A stretch of DNA of 64,000 nucleotides from Amoebophrya sp. A120 (lineage: Eukaryota; Protista; Dinoflagellata). Below the pieces are notes generated by a model. It did not search any database. It saw only the letters and a list, made by a program, of their open reading frames with translations, and was not told the DNA's origin. Below are positions 39,001 through 51,631 of the stretch, in pieces; the first letter of the stretch is position 1; the number at the start of each line of letters is the position of its first letter. The translations under genes were made by a program, and so were the position numbers. The stretch is from contig CAJINV010000001.1 of the NCBI GenBank assembly GCA_905178155.1, positions 15,376,142-15,440,141 of the forward strand, written 5' to 3'.

Positions 39001-42000
39001 AGAACCAAAGCAAGGCAGGATTTTGGTAGCGGAACGAAGATTCCGGTTCCGCTTCAGCGACAAGTGGTTTGTTCCGCAACTGACATACAGCAAGCTCGGG
39101 CGGTGCAACAGCAAATTCGTATTGACCTCGGAGATGAGCTCAAGTTACCGGCGCCTTCAAATGCTTCCTCTGGCTCCTGCTCTGGCGCTGCCAGTAACGC
39201 AGGATATAATTCTGGGACGAGCGGAAGAAGTCCTACAAGTGTATCGAAAGTTTCGCACTCTTCTGGTGGCATCAGCACTGCCAGTAGTGAAACTACAGGC
39301 CGAAACTCATGTTTCATTCAGGGCAGTGGCATCAAGCAGCCCGAGAAGCAAGGATCGCAACACGGTACTGGTTCATCTGCGACATCTTCAAGCACTAGGC
39401 CGAAACTGCTGATTACCCCCCGTGAACACACTGGTGATCGATTCACGTCTAGGATACCGACGCCTCGTACTGGGCGCAACCTGCAGGAGAGGAGGATCGC
39501 AGAAGATCAATCAAGTCGGTGCGGACGAGATGCTATCGCTAGCGTAAGTGAGGACACGATGTCACCGTATCCCTCATCTGCCTCTGCTTCGCCGCAGGCT
39601 GTGCAAACAGCGCAAGTCGTCGTCAGGCACAATTCGTCGCGCGAACGATCGGAAGCTGGTGTGGCCGCAAAAGCAAAGCCAGATTGGAACTTCAGCAGCC
39701 GTGTGGGAGCGTCGACGTGGGCAAGCGGCGGCACACCCACCAGTATTGGTGTGGGCGTGGACCACAAATTTTGCAAGCCCCAGCGCAGCCGGGGTTTCCA
39801 GGTGCTAATGTCCTCTGCGTACCCAATGGCGCGACCTATGTACACCGCTCGGCCGAGCGACCGCCTCCGCCGAATGGCCTGCGGACCGAAGTTGCATCAC
39901 TTGTCGAGCCTGTCAGGCTCCCATAACACTGGACAGTATCCGTTTTCGGTATCGTCCACGGACAGAAGCCCGAAGAAAATGCAACTGCTTCGGGCCGCGA
40001 AAGCCGCGGGAAAACGTGCGCGCCGGGTTTCCACGAAGAAGCCACTCATGGTGCTGAAAAGGAAGAAGTATAATAACCTAGTGAGCTTTAAATTTTCGCC
40101 ACAGCATGGCGGCGCGGCGAAACTTTCGTCCTACGAGCGCCACCTATACCAGCCGGAGCGGGGCGAATGCATTTTTTTGTCTCAGCCGTCGATGCTGGAA
40201 AATTCGACTGTACATGAGCAATATGAGCTTGCAGTGGAAGATGGCGCGGCGCAGCCGCGTGGAATAGGAGAATCCCGGAAAAGAAGTCATCAGAGGCGCG
40301 GCATCCAAAAGAGCCCAAAAGCAAAAGGAGTTCTTGCCCCTGGAACAAGCTCAGTGAGAACGCAAGACCCTTCGAGGACACGACACTTGACACAGAAGCG
40401 CGCTTATGATTTCGAAACTTCGCCTGTGAATCAGGCTCACGAGAAAGTTAACGAGCCAGTAGAAGTGATGAAAATCGACCTCGACACGACCCCTGCTACC
40501 GCTACGTGCGTTCTTACCATTCCAGCCATGGCTGGCCTTATCGCGGGTTTTGTGACCGTGGCTGCAGACGATCCGGAGGATCCTGTGCCAATCGTCGCTG
40601 CGTCGGTGCGTGCGACCAGGAATCCTGAGCAGACGCTGTACCGTCTGATTTTCCAAGCCTGTTCACTTCTACCCGAGCCGAGTTCCGGAATCATGCGCAA
40701 AACGGTCACGAAGTCAAATATCCCTCAGGCCCAGCTGCTCAGCAGATGCCTGCGTAGGCTTTTGGACAGGTAAGTACTAACTTACTTTCTGTTCGATAGA
40801 CACACTTCTTGGGTCTGAAGAATGTGACGCAACACTTGGCTTTTGATTGTTTAGCACGGCGAGCTGACGTACTAGATCGTCCGTTCTGGTGTCCATAAGA
40901 GTCCATTGACATGACTGCTTCATACAAAATCCAAACAATTACAATGAATTAGGTTGATTGCCAACGGTACCCTTCGCACGGAGGCTCTCGACGGGTTACA
41001 AGCTCTTCTCGACACCGGAAGTGCTTGTGAAGGTACTTCTAACGGCACTGTTGAAGGGACTCTACCTACACAGAGCGAACAACAAGCCTCACGCTCACTA
41101 TCCGGCAGTGCAAGCAAGGCCTGCAACATTGGGAACAAGGAGAAAGTAAGAGATCGCAGCGTCAACACCAACAGCACGAGCCGAACCGAAAGCAAACTGC
41201 ATCAAAATGACCAATTTGGACGCGTTGGCAGCTGCACGGTCATCGACGGGGAGAAAATCAGCGCGATTCCGGAGGAGAGCGAGTCTGTCACCAGTGTAAT
41301 GAACTGCTCGGAGGAGACCAACATCGTGGTGCACGACAATCCTCCGCGCCCTAGTGGGAATCTTGCCGATCATTCAGGTGAGGCAGCAGCTGCAGTGCAG
41401 GTGTCGTTATCCTGCGACGGAGAGCAAAGAGCAAGAGAACGGGTTCAGTTCCTAGAAGAAATAGAGGGGGACGACGAGGTACGGCTTGAGTTCTCTTCTT
41501 CGTCTGGCGAAAAGATGAGAGGAGTGAAGGGGTCCTCGAGCATTGTCAACCATCAGCCTACTAGAAGTCGTGCCAGTCTTACCGTTCCGCCGGACGTCGA
41601 GGCCGTTACTGAGAAGATTTCGGGACTGACGGCAACGAGCAGTGCGGCGCTTGACGAACTGCAGGTGGCTCACATTGCGTCTTCCTCCTGCTCATTGGTC
41701 GACGAGGAGCCAGACCAAGATCATGCTTCTGCGCGGGGAACTGCGTGTATGTCCTCTAGTGGCGGCGAAAACTCCGCAAGGGTCGGCGACAGCGGACTCG
41801 AGCGGGGAGCCGCAGTAGAGGAGATGAACGGTCATGATCACGACGATCAGTTTCCTTCTACCGCTGGGATGAATGTGAATGTCGACAGCAGTTGCGACTC
41901 GATTTCGTCGCTGGAACAGGATATTCCCGCCGCCACTCCTGTCGAACGCGCGGAGAGGAGCGAACAGAGCTCCTCCAATTTAGCCGAAAGCGGCCGTGCG

Positions 42001-43981
42001 TTTTCTTCTAGAAATAGCGATTCCCAGCTCGGGCTCGGTGGTTCTGCAGCATCTCCCGGGCAGGGGGGAAACGAGAAGAGCAGAGTAGATGCAGGTAGCT
42101 TGTCGCCGCATGTAGCCAATCGAACAACTGGTGATGATAACAATTGCGATCCATCAGAAGAAAGAGAACGTCGAGACGTTTCGTCAGGGAATTCGGATGA
42201 ATCAGGACCCGGCTTCGAGGACCATCACGTTGCCGATGACGAGGGCGATTCCTCTTGCAGCAGTATCGAACAGCAGTACGACAGTGCGTGCCCCGATGCC
42301 ACCGGCGACAGCGCAGTTGTGGCACACATGCTGGACCATGTAAACCTCGATGTGCGAGCGCGTTCCTCACAAGTGGTACAGGAGCTGCAGAACGTTTCCA
42401 AAGAAAATGAGGTGGACGGCGACGCAGCCGGTATTGCGGATGACGACGATGAGCTGGCGCAATGTAGTGCTGTAAGCGATCAGCAGTGCGTGTCAGACAA
42501 GTCTGGTGATGGAAGTGGAGTGAAGGTGGAGGACAAGTTTTTCGCGCACGACACGCAGAACAAAGGCGCTGAAAACAGCGCACATCATGGTCTGATTCTC
42601 GGACCAGTGCCACCTGAGGACGAGGGAAAGTTGAAGCCTTTCGCCCTAGTGTCGGTTTCCGCAACCGAAACCGCATCATCCGCTTCGCAAAACCGCCCGC
42701 GCGCACCGCGCGACGTCTGCACCCCCAGCGAGGTAGGATTCGAACACGTGGAGGCAGCACACCAGTCTGCGATGGTGCAGCAGGGTACTGGAAATTACAA
42801 TCGCGTGGACGCCGAACGTCGTACCCGCTTGGCACCGCCGAGGATCTTTGCCTCATCGGCGGCAACTGCAAGTAGTAGTACAGATGAAAAAGGGCAACTC
42901 CAACCACAACCAGAAAGAGATGTGAATCCCGCTTGTGGTACAACTGGGAAAGCACAACTAAAGTCCAGCACTGCGCCAGCAGGTGTAATCGAAACAAGCT
43001 TATCGTCTCCTGACAAACTGCCTTTAGCTTGCGCCGCTTCCTCCAAGAAGTCGCCATTTCCCTTTGCGGGCTCACCGTCGCTCTCTTCGATTCGCGGCAG
43101 CCCAAATCAATTCGAGACACCGGCCCGCAACATTTCCTCATCGGGGCAGCAGACCACGCCAGACACTACAAGGACGCTTCCTCACGGAGCGCTCGTGCTG
43201 CGCAACACTGTACAGCATAAAACTCCCATGGGCGGCGGGTGCAGCTCTCCTGTTCGCAGAATCACAAACCGGAGCGCAAAAAATCGGCACACCGTCTCCT
43301 CCTCCGGTCCCCGTGACTCCCCCTCGTCCACTGGTGCCGTGATCGGTGGGGCATGTGCAACATCGACTCCGCAACGAGAGGCCCCAGACGGGGACCTGCG
43401 TCATTCAGGCCCCCCGACGCCTCTATTCGTCCACGATAAGCTTCCACTGCGGAAAATGACTGAACAAGCTCTATCGCCTCGTTTACAACAAGACGAAGCT
43501 TGTTCTGCGAGAGAGAAGAATCTGAATCTTTTCTGCACTGGTGCAGCCATCCGACGGGGACAGGTTTCGGCACCCGTTTCCTTTCCGATGATTCGAGAAG
43601 AAGATCGGGTGGAGAACGGACGAGGAATTAGGGCCTTCAGAAGTTGCGCATCGAGCTTTGCCGGTCCGAGCAGTCACGCGGTCGGTGCGCCAATTCACGG
43701 CGCACGCAGGGGCGCCTTCAATTCTCTTTACCTGCAGCCCCGGTCCATAACGCCGCCGCCCACTGTTGGCACCAGCTCACTGTTCACCTGGGCCCAGCAA
43801 TATCGAAGCCGAAGTCTCAGCCGCCCGAAAGCGGTCGAGCTCAAGTCCGCCAAGGAATCCGAAAAACCATAGAGCGGCCGATTTGCGCTCTTTTCTACCG
43901 CGAGAGTTTTGCCGGGGGTTCATAGATTTTTTTGGTGTTAAGCTCATACCTCTCAACCGGAGCGCAGTCAAGCAATTCTGA
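36031..43981 (+). CDS. Very large (~2550 aa) disordered Ser/Glu/Thr-rich hypothetical protein; GT-AG intron 40770-40952; ends at 43872, or at 43981 if 43840-43942 is spliced
   Basis: The 1580-aa and 972-aa ORFs are joined in frame by AG|gtaagt...ttag|G. I recognised no domain. Confidence 0.7.
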
Positions 43982-44464
43982 CCAAAAACCTGTCCAGCTC
44001 CGAAGTCCAATTTTGAATCAAACAAGCAGATGCAAGGAAACCGTTTTGGGTGGTGGATACAACTCTGTTTCTTGTGTACGCATTTGTTTGATGAGCCGGG
44101 AGATGAGCGTCTGCCGGTGCTGTTGGACCTTGCCGCGCGATGATGTATTTTTTCCCTTTTACTAGACCTAGAGTAGAAAGATGGTTGAATTCAGGTGGGA
44201 AAGCCAAAGCGTAAAATCATTCATCTGAGAGAAAGTGCAACACACAAGCGCAGATGGCAAAGCCCACGGATTCAACGAGAGACAAAAGTCGCAAAACAGA
44301 AAATTTTTAATGCGCGGAAGGGAACACATGCACAAACGTGATTCGAGAGGGAGAAGTGTCGACAAACGACTCGGATAGTAGTTGTAGACGTGTAATTGTG
44401 TCAGTTCTTTCGGTAAAAAGTGAGTTTCGGCTTTTTTGCACACGAGCAATAAGAACAGGAAACC

Positions 44465-47400
44465 ATGCCGAGCCTTGTGCGCGAGGCGAGCGCGACGGAT
44501 CCGGACGATCATACTACGACAAGCGAGATGGCGCCGCCTTTACCAGGCGAGACACCCGTGGTCGACCCGACGGCCCAAATCGCCCAGCTGGAGGAGCAAA
44601 ACGCCTATCTCCGCCGGATGACGCAGCTGAAGACGCGGTCCCTGGTGTCCGCGCAGGAAGCTCTGGCGGAACGGAAAGAGAACGAGGAGCTGCTGCTCGA
44701 ACAGGTGGAGGAACTGTCGAAGGAACTCCAAGATCTGAAGACCGACTTGGACAGCGCGAAGGCAGAAGCCCAGCGGCAAATCCGCAAGGCCAAGGACCAC
44801 CGCACCGACAATCTCGAGGAGATTCGGCGGGAGAACCTGCGGCTCCGCACGGAACTGGCGAACTGCGAGAAGAAAGCGGTCGTGGCTAGCGGTCACCACC
44901 AGAGCGAGATGGCAGCCCTGGTGCAGAAGCACAAGATCGAAGTGTCCCACCTGCGGAACGAAATGGTGTCGCTACGGAAGAGCACGCGGGAAAAGCTCGA
45001 CGCCCTCACCGAGCACGAAGACGACCGTCGGCTGTTGGCGCAGGTGCGAACCGAGCTGGAAAACGCGCAGCAGGAAAATACGCGGTTGTTGGCGCACCAG
45101 AGTCACGTGTTGCGCGATCAGGAACGCAAGTTGTTGGACGAGCACGACTGCGTGCTAAAAAGCAGTCAGAACGAGATCACCCTGTTGCGACAAAGGCTAC
45201 AGGTACAGCTGGAGGTTGTGTGATTGTGTGAAGAAATTTTCCAGACAAGATAGATCGGTAGCGAAAGGATGCAACAAACCTATTTACGTAGAACCTCAAG
45301 AAACTGCGAATCGCAATCCGTAGTCAGATGTAGTTGCTAGCGTTCTAGTGATGTCAACTACACTCACATGTTGATCTTTCAAACTATCCAACACCTTTCT
45401 GTCCAATCCCCAGGAAGCCGAAGCCGAAGTTGGCTACCTCATGGACCAGCTCGCAGAAAAGGACGAACGGTTTACGGAACTCGGCGCCGACTGCGCTTCG
45501 CTGCAGGAACTGACAGAGCTGCTCCGGAGCATGCAGGCCAAGCAGGACGCGCTGGAAAGCGAGCAGCTGACGGAGGAGGAAAAAATATCCAACGCGTGTG
45601 AAGCCTTCGAGAACGTCGTCCGCGAGGCGTATCGGGAGAAATGGCGGATTTTGTCCGTATTTGAGCAATGATGTTTTAGCAAAATTAGGCGAGCATCGTG
45701 TCATTAACTTAATATCAAGATCAAGAAGAAATAAAAAATGCGAGGAATCTACGAGGATAGACAGCCAGAGCGCGCGTGGGCGTAAAATATCGAAAATTGA
45801 ATTCAGGCCGACGTTGCGGCCACAATCACGGACTACGAGAAGCGTTTCGTTTTGCAGGAGGAGCACACGCAAGTGCTTGAGCTTGCGTTGGAAGACCTGC
45901 GCTTGCGGGAAAAGTACGTCATCTCGGAGCTCGAGAACAAGGCTTCTCAGGCAGACCAGCAGGCGCAAGAGCAGCAACGACGAAGCGCGGTTCGCTTTGA
46001 GCAGCAAGAGGACGGCGCGCGCCGCGTTACCATAACGGACGAGGTTGTGGTTCCTGATGCCGGAGGCTGTGGCGAGGAGAGGGCACTGCAGCTCCTCGAA
46101 GGGCGTAGCACAGTTGAGGTACCTTTGGTCGTGCAGGACGAAGTAAACGTAGCTGGCGCAAATCCTGCCCGGGTCCCGCTAACGTACGCCGAGCAAGAAC
46201 AGTACGAGGGCGGCTACCTCGAGGAAAACTATGGTGTCGTCGAGTGGGCAGACCAAGACGTCGGGGCCGAGTTAGTGGACAACGCAAGTGAGCGGGAAAA
46301 CGATGCTTACAACGACGAAGCCGCAGTAAACGATGCCGTGGCCCTGGCGAGGCAGAGTTTTTCCGCACTAGATGCTGGGTGTGCTCAAGGGGAGGAAGAG
46401 ATGCCCCGCGTTTCCGCAGTTTCGGCAGTGACGCTGGTCGGCGAACACGAGCAGGAGTGGTTGCTTAGTAAAAACGACGCAGGAGTCGCACCGAGCCATG
46501 ACGCGACCGCAGTTCGCCACAGTCAAGATTCATTCGCTGCGGACCACGCACGTCGCTCTGTTGAGGCGATTCCAGGCTCTACGCGAATCGCGCCTCCAGC
46601 ACCACATCCTCAGCCAGTCGCAAACCAAGGCCTAGGATTGGAAGGAAGTGCGAATTTCGCATCTGCTCTACAAGTAGACGGGAAAAAGGTCCAACATCCC
46701 GCAGGCGCCTTCGTTTTTCCCGGATTCGAGTCGCTCGAACAGGCACAAGGCAGCACGAAGGCAACGGAACACCAAGTATCGCATCCGTCTTCGAAGGAGG
46801 GAATGGGCGGCGCGATAGCGGTAAGTAAGTGTGGTGCGAACGATTTTTTCTTGATGTTGACACGCGATAGCTCTAGTAGTGTTGCTAGTGCAGCAGCAGC
46901 TTGATGAGTCATCACCTCCAACTCTCGAAAACAACATACAGATGACAAATTTTTTGGCCACCTCCGATACGCCCGCGAGCTTCGTCTCGCAGCCCACCGC
47001 GGAGTCCGCTCAAACGAAGCGTCCAAGTGACCACTCAGAGCAGGTCGGGCCCGCCTTGTTGAGAGCTGCGGCCGTGGTAGCACACCAACAGAGCGCTGGC
47101 GCACTTCCGACGAGCAGTAAAAGCAGCATGGTGCATAAAAATCTTCCGCAGCTGACCAAGGCACTTATCTCCCCCACGATGCAGCACCGCGTTGTCCGAT
47201 CTCCGGTACATGGGACGACGATTTTGCTGCAGCAGCACTCCGCCTCGGCGACCGGTTCTCCACAACAGCACGACCCCGGCGCCAAGATTGAACAGATTGG
47301 AGGCTCCTCGGCTAGCGGATTACGGTGGAAGCTGACGAATCTCCCGAGCGTGGATTTGAAAGTAACGCCGAACATGTTCACCGTCGGCTCCCCGGCCTCG

Positions 47401-48636
47401 AAATCCCCCGTCACGTCGCCGAAACGGGGGACGGTGCCGCTGGCAGCTGGAGGAATTAGTATCGCTCAACAACAGCACGTGTCGTATAGTAGTATCAAAA
47501 GGAAAACGAAAAACAAAAACGCGACCTTTAGCGTCGAGGAGGAAGAAGTTGCGTCCATTCCTGACGAAGATGCTGGAACTGCTGGATATGGCGCTACTCC
47601 GGGAAGGCCGGAGTTAGGTTTCCAGCCGCAGCGCACACTGCAGCCGGCTGCCAGCAGCGCGGTGGTGCCACCACCAGCAGAAGAACGAGGCAAAGCCTCT
47701 GTCAACGAGCACGTCTCGCCGGTGCAACGCAACGTCTTAATTTCCGCTGGCCAGCAGGCACACCAGATGCCACGAGCGAGTTCTGCCACTCCTGTTCCGA
47801 CATCAAGTTCTAGTGCGAAGAAACGCGCATCGCAAGAGCAACAGCAGCAGCCGGTGCAGACACGGCACCATCGGCGACTCCACGTGGAATCTCCTGCGCA
47901 CCTGAAGTTCATCACGTCCTCCCAGTGCGCATTATTGGAATCCGTTCCGGCCAACCTGCTCTCCCCTGGAAGCACGGTCCGCTCGCCGCAGGGACTCGGA
48001 GTGTCGCTGTCGCCGCATAATCGGAAGCGCCAGGTAGCAGTTGTGCCGCTCGCGGGAAACAGCCGTAGTGGTACAACTTCTGCGCAGCAAGCAGTAGACC
48101 ACGAGGCAGCAGCTGCAGCAGCACCAAACAAGCCTGTTTTTGCTGGCCCACCGGGACTGGGACTGCCGCCGCCAGCACCTGGCACGGGGAAGTTGGCGAA
48201 GAAGGGCCTGGGGCAGTTGTTGAAGCCAGTGACGCTGTCACCAGTCCTCCAACCGCGATCCCCGGCTTTGACCGGTGTTTCCGCGAAGCAGGGGCAGCAA
48301 GTGGGTACTCCGCCAGGGGCTCCTGTTCCTGGGACGACTTCTAGTGTAGATAAAGCTGTGTCGAGTGTAGTTGTATCTGCTTCCAGTTCCACTTCGCAAA
48401 ACGCAGCGATTCCAACCTCTGTTCCGCTGTTTTCCACGCTCGCGCAGCCGCCGCAGCACGTCATTAGCACTGATCCCAAGGTGTTGGCGGCCACGGGTGC
48501 AGCAAACGGCACTGACCAGACTGGAGCATCATCTTCCTCCGAGGTGGCAATGTGGACCAAAGTCGCCACGACAGCGCTCGATTGTGATTTGGACGCGATT
48601 AGAAACGCGAATCACGCTCTACGCCGTGGGAGCTAG
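44465..48636 (+). CDS. Coiled-coil protein with long low-complexity C-terminus; introns 45203-45413, 45627(GC) or 45657(GT)-45806, 46821-~46941
   Basis: Heptad E/L/Q/K-rich N-terminal exons. Four ORFs are joined by phase-0 canonical-type introns. Confidence 0.7.
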
Positions 48637-49318
48637 TAGACGTATGTGCGTTGTTTTTACTTACTGCGCTTCGAGGACACGCCGTTGGCCTGGGCTGTGA
48701 TTGGGTTGGAAGTGACGTTTTGAGCCATGCAGGCTGGGATACTGGAGGCCCGTGTCGACAGCATCAGCAAAAACCTATGCCTTGGACGGTCGTTAGCGTA
48801 CAGAAGGGTGAATTTGCAGTGAATTTGTATTGCATGACTTGCATTTAAGTACTTAAAAGAGAAGTGCGCTAGGTATTAGACACACGAGCCCAAGCATCCC
48901 ACATAGCGTGAAGGGCTGTTCGTCGCGTGGTGGCGCTTGCAGGACCGAAAGAAGTGGTCTTGCGGGGGCGAGCCTCAACGGGCTGTGTAGCGCGTATTTA
49001 GCGACCAGAGAAGGTGGTGGATCGGGTGGCTCTTACTCTTCTGCGCGTCTGCCTGAGAAGTTCCTCTCCGGAATTGTCGAAAGGGAGGGCGACGGGTGAA
49101 CACAGGAGCACTAGTTCAACATGTATGCTCTCACGAGTTGTGGTTGGCTCGGCTTGGACTTGGATATCTGGGAGCAGCCTCGGGTGGAAGGGGAGGCACG
49201 ATTCGGCCGCGGACGCTAGCTTGCTGCACCTGCTGTGCTCTGCTCACAACTCCCCAGGCGTGTTTTTGCCTCCGGAGCGAGGCCGTTTCGACGTGGCCCC
49301 CAGGGCAGGAATTCCCTT

Positions 49319-49461
49319 GGTGAATTTTGGGGCTTTTTGTTTTGGCGACACTTTTTTGAAGCCCCAAAACCCGAAGTTTCTCGTGCGTTAGCGAATTTTG
49401 AATAGGCACCTCGGGCCAAAATTCGCCCACGGTTTTTTCAAAATTCACCCCAAAATTCACC
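49319..49461. repeat. MITE-like foldback with 14-bp perfect inverted repeat and internal CAAAATTCRCC motifs
   Basis: GGTGAATTTTGGGG (49319-49332) and CCCCAAAATTCACC (49448-49461), with nested hairpins TTTTGGGGCTT/AAGCCCCAAAA and GCGAATTTTG/CAAAATTCGC. Confidence 0.55.
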
Positions 49462-50320
49462 GGGCCCGCCTTTTCGACCGTGATAAGCAAACTTTAGCGC
49501 AGAAAAGTGCTCAAGGAAGTCAGCAAATAGGCCCTGGGAAGTGGGGCCGAGGGGGAAAGACAAGCGCCCTCTGCTGCCCTCAGCCCGGCTATATTCTGCC
49601 GAAAAGGTCGGGAGGGGGAGAGTTCACGCGCCTGCCGGATAGACGCGTCAAAGCTCTCGGCCTGGTCCTTTACCCTTGCCTCCGCGCCTTCTTGCCTAAT
49701 TGCATTTGCTTCGCAGCACTTGCTTTTTGGCGTCTTTGCCGCGGCTGCTGCAGTACTCTTGTGCGAGCTCAGGGAGACGAATAGACATGGCCAAAGAACG
49801 GCACCCAGGCCATGTCTAGAAGCTGCCCGCCGCATAAGCCTTGACTTTTGCGGTGTCTGTGCAGAACCCACTTCCCAGAACAGGGCCAAGAGGGACAATG
49901 TCCCGGCGGACTCATCTGCAATTTGTCACGCAAAATTCACTAGAGATTCACCACGTCTCATGCTAACGCGTGTTAAAGCTCTAGGCAAAAACGTTACGTC
50001 TGGTGGCAGCGGATATTAGAAATGATTTGCTTGTCATTCTGAAAGCACGGCTGTGCTTGACACAACATCAAAAATTTGAGTTCGTCCGTTTGCTCTCCTG
50101 GGTACACAGACACGGTGTTCTGAAGCACCATTTTTGCGCGGTTGATGTCCGAATTTAATTTCTGAACTTATAGTTCGCCTAGCAGTCTTTTGCTGGGACG
50201 GAAAGGATCCTCGTCGGTCACCATCATGAACAAGAAAGACTCGACGATATTTCTGATTGCATTTTTTTTCTTCGTCGTTAGAGTATCTATACTCCCAGAG
50301 ACAGAAAGGTAAGCACCACC

Positions 50321-51631
50321 ATGCGGCGGTCCTCCCAACTCTGTGACGTGTCACATTTCCAGACGCACCGCATCAAAACGCGGCTCCCGACCTTCACAAA
50401 GCACAGTCTAGTCTGGAATCCCGCCGCGCGGCGTTGCTGTGTCAACGAGTGGCACACGAGGCAGACGGAAGGACGTGCTGGTCGAGAACAGGACTACGTA
50501 GGGTCTCAGAGTAGTTCTTCTGCTTATTCGGAGAACAACGACGCGTCGTTGGTACCACCAGCGGCAACGCCAGACACTTACAGCGGTGCCACAGGTTCTT
50601 TCGCAGAACAAGATGCACTCGGTGGTGGCGTGGAGGTACAGGCGACGGCACCACTTGTGTCACAACCTGGCCTTAGAATTTCTGTCTCGTCATCGAGCAC
50701 ATCATTTGCTTCCAGTTCCTCTTCGACGATTCGACTCACCGATCACCTCCAGAAGTTCACTTTTGGATCTCGCACGCAGGCACAAGCGTGGCTAGAAACC
50801 GGTCGGGTGACGAATGGAAACACGGGAGAAGTGATCTTGCGCGACTGTCGAATACTGTCTGAAGTCGGAATACGAGGGGCGAAAACTTCAGGATCTTCTG
50901 GACGAGAATTCCACCGAAAAACTTCCACGTCCAACCTTTTCGTCGACGGGCGTCCGCTGGAATTCGAGACTTACCGTTTCTTTCGTGGCCCGTTCTTGAA
51001 CTTGCCGCGGTGTGGTGGTGATGAAGCTTTCTTCCGCGAGCACCAGAACACCGAACTTGGCAGGAAATGCAAGCGGTTGAAGGTGTTTGGCATGGATTTA
51101 TTGCAGGCAGCGCCAAACAAACTGCATACGGGGCTGCTGGTGCTCACGAATGATCCTGGAACGAAGCGGGACATTTTGGAAGGAGGAGTCGAAATTTGTT
51201 TTGCTGGTAACTCGATGATGTCAGAAGTTGAAATCGAAAGAATCGAAAAGATATACAAGTGCCGGAGATTATCGGACGTCAGACTTGCAGTGTCAAACGA
51301 ACACGATCACCAGCATAATTCGGCGACTGTAGCAGGGCGGCGTAATGACGAACATCTTTATCTGAAGCCGCAGCTGCTCACTCAAGAAGGGCGTTGCGCT
51401 CTTGCGTTTTCATCTTCTAGCACAGTGTGCAAGCAATCTACCTTGCGTGGTCACAATCGAACGAATTCTGCACTTCAACCTCATACCTTTGGACGCCTAA
51501 ACTTCTTTCATCTTGAGCATGCACGGGCCTGGCTGCAAGACTATTTCTTTCTTTCCGCAGTGGTCTATCGACTGGGAAGGCGAAGCCTTGAAGAGATGAC
51601 GCCCGGCGAGAGGAAGCGGACCTTTATTTGA
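50321..51631 (+). CDS. Divergent RsuA/RluB-family pseudouridine-synthase-like protein with S4 domain
   Basis: S4-like IRLTDHLQKFTFGSRTQAQAWLETGRVTNG, then TGLLVLTNDPG and C-terminal RLGRRSLEEMTPGERK. The catalytic GRLD motif is not visible. Confidence 0.6.
   Translation: MRRSSQLCDVSHFQTHRIKTRLPTFTKHSLVWNPAARRCCVNEWHTRQTEGRAGREQDYVGSQSSSSAYSENNDASLVPPAATPDTYSGATGSFAEQDALGGGVEVQATAPLVSQPGLRISVSSSSTSFASSSSSTIRLTDHLQKFTFGSRTQAQAWLETGRVTNGNTGEVILRDCRILSEVGIRGAKTSGSSGREFHRKTSTSNLFVDGRPLEFETYRFFRGPFLNLPRCGGDEAFFREHQNTELGRKCKRLKVFGMDLLQAAPNKLHTGLLVLTNDPGTKRDILEGGVEICFAGNSMMSEVEIERIEKIYKCRRLSDVRLAVSNEHDHQHNSATVAGRRNDEHLYLKPQLLTQEGRCALAFSSSSTVCKQSTLRGHNRTNSALQPHTFGRLNFFHLEHARAWLQDYFFLSAVVYRLGRRSLEEMTPGERKRTFI

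Noticed and set aside
45627-45845. GAGAA/CGGA repeats with a weak stem as an introner
   Set aside because: A phase-0 canonical acceptor at 45806 with a GC or GT donor explains the junction more simply.
362-48569. Long minus-strand ORFs (362..1312, 24275..25381, 42008..43141, 47466..48569 and others)
   Set aside because: These are antisense shadows of GC-rich + strand genes and show no motifs.
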